Assembly: GCA_026770705.1 (NCBI GenBank) | Contig: JANJGN010000132.1 | Coordinates: 124,001-188,000 of the forward strand | Reading direction: 5' to 3' | DNA: 64,000 nt | From: Isurus oxyrinchus | Taxonomy: Eukaryota | In this document: positions 63,552-64,000 of the stretch, in pieces | Position numbering within the stretch: the first letter of the stretch is position 1 | Layout: the number at the start of each line of letters is the position of its first letter | The notes under the pieces: generated by a model | Databases searched by the model: none | What the model saw: the letters and a program-made list of their open reading frames with translations, nothing else | Told to the model about the DNA's origin: nothing | Position numbers and translations under genes: made by a program

Positions 63552-63859
63552 GTGGCAGACTGTTAAATGTGAAATACAGAGATTCAAATCCACAGCGGTC
63601 TGAGAAACCTGATTCTGAATACTCTAGGAATACATCACAGTGATATTTCAGTTAGAACTCTTCATTATGTTTATAAAGCGGATCGAAATACGCCTTTAAC
63701 AACTGTGCCCCTATTTAGCAAGACAATCAAAATTAGTAAATTCGGAGACTTTTATACATTTTTTCGTAAATCCTTAAAACCCTTATTGTTGGTCATTTTA
63801 TTTTCTTTGACTTTCCTGCTGTGATACTGATCGCAGCTTTGATCAAAGTCCCTCTCTGG

Positions 63860-63939
63860 GGTATTTGTATGAGGAGTTCACTATACACAGCACCGTGACC
63901 CACTGTAGTACCACAGTGACACGAACCAGCACAGATACT
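63860..63939 (-). other. IgH D1 segment (GTACTACAGTGGGT, 63898-63911) with 12 (V side) / 22 (J side) RSS
   Basis: Plus strand: ggtatttgt-22-caccgtg | acccactgtagtac | cacagtg-12-acagatact. Confidence 0.93.
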
Positions 63940-64000
63940 GCTCTCACTCATTGATTGTTGCTATAAGAAATAAAACCTTTCAGTCAGCAGAAGATTTGCA

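Noticed and set aside
63636-63642. Perfect CACAGTG between D1 and D2 (third D segment?)
   Set aside because: No nonamer at 12 or 23 nt and no opposing RSS.
63994-64000. Possible Ig octamer (atttgca...) at the window edge
   Set aside because: Truncated and located in the V-D interval; no intronic enhancer could be supported from motifs alone.

Overview
Vertebrate genomic DNA from a cartilaginous fish. The IgM exons and the D1 12/22, D2 12/12, J 23 RSS layout closely resemble the horn-shark-type IgH cluster; the species is an inference. The window has three zones. (1) 1-11.8 kb: CR1/L2 retrotransposon debris and two head-to-head C2H2 zinc-finger pseudogenes around a CpG-rich NRF1/YY1/CCAAT/GC-box promoter. 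(2) ~11.9-37.6 kb: a shuffled, partly inverted cluster of more than 25 tRNA genes or relics (Ser, Leu, Glu, Lys, Thr, Asn, Val); only Leu-AAG, Thr-TGT and perhaps Ser-TGA look intact. (3) ~41-64 kb, minus strand: an unrearranged IgM heavy-chain minilocus, D1-D2-J-CH1-CH2-CH3-CH4/secretory tail-TM1-TM2, with V outside the window. RSSs, J, CH1, CH4, the tail and TM exons are intact, but CH2 has a frameshift plus a stop and CH3 has a stop. The J-CH1 intron holds a 4-kb palindromic Penelope-like element (PLE) insertion with a 14-bp target-site duplication. The same tail-out inverted architecture, with hammerhead-like motifs, recurs several times in the window. A ~3.5-kb TG/CA-rich tract lies between the secretory and TM exons. 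Three N gaps are present. No database searches were run; family names come from motif recognition.
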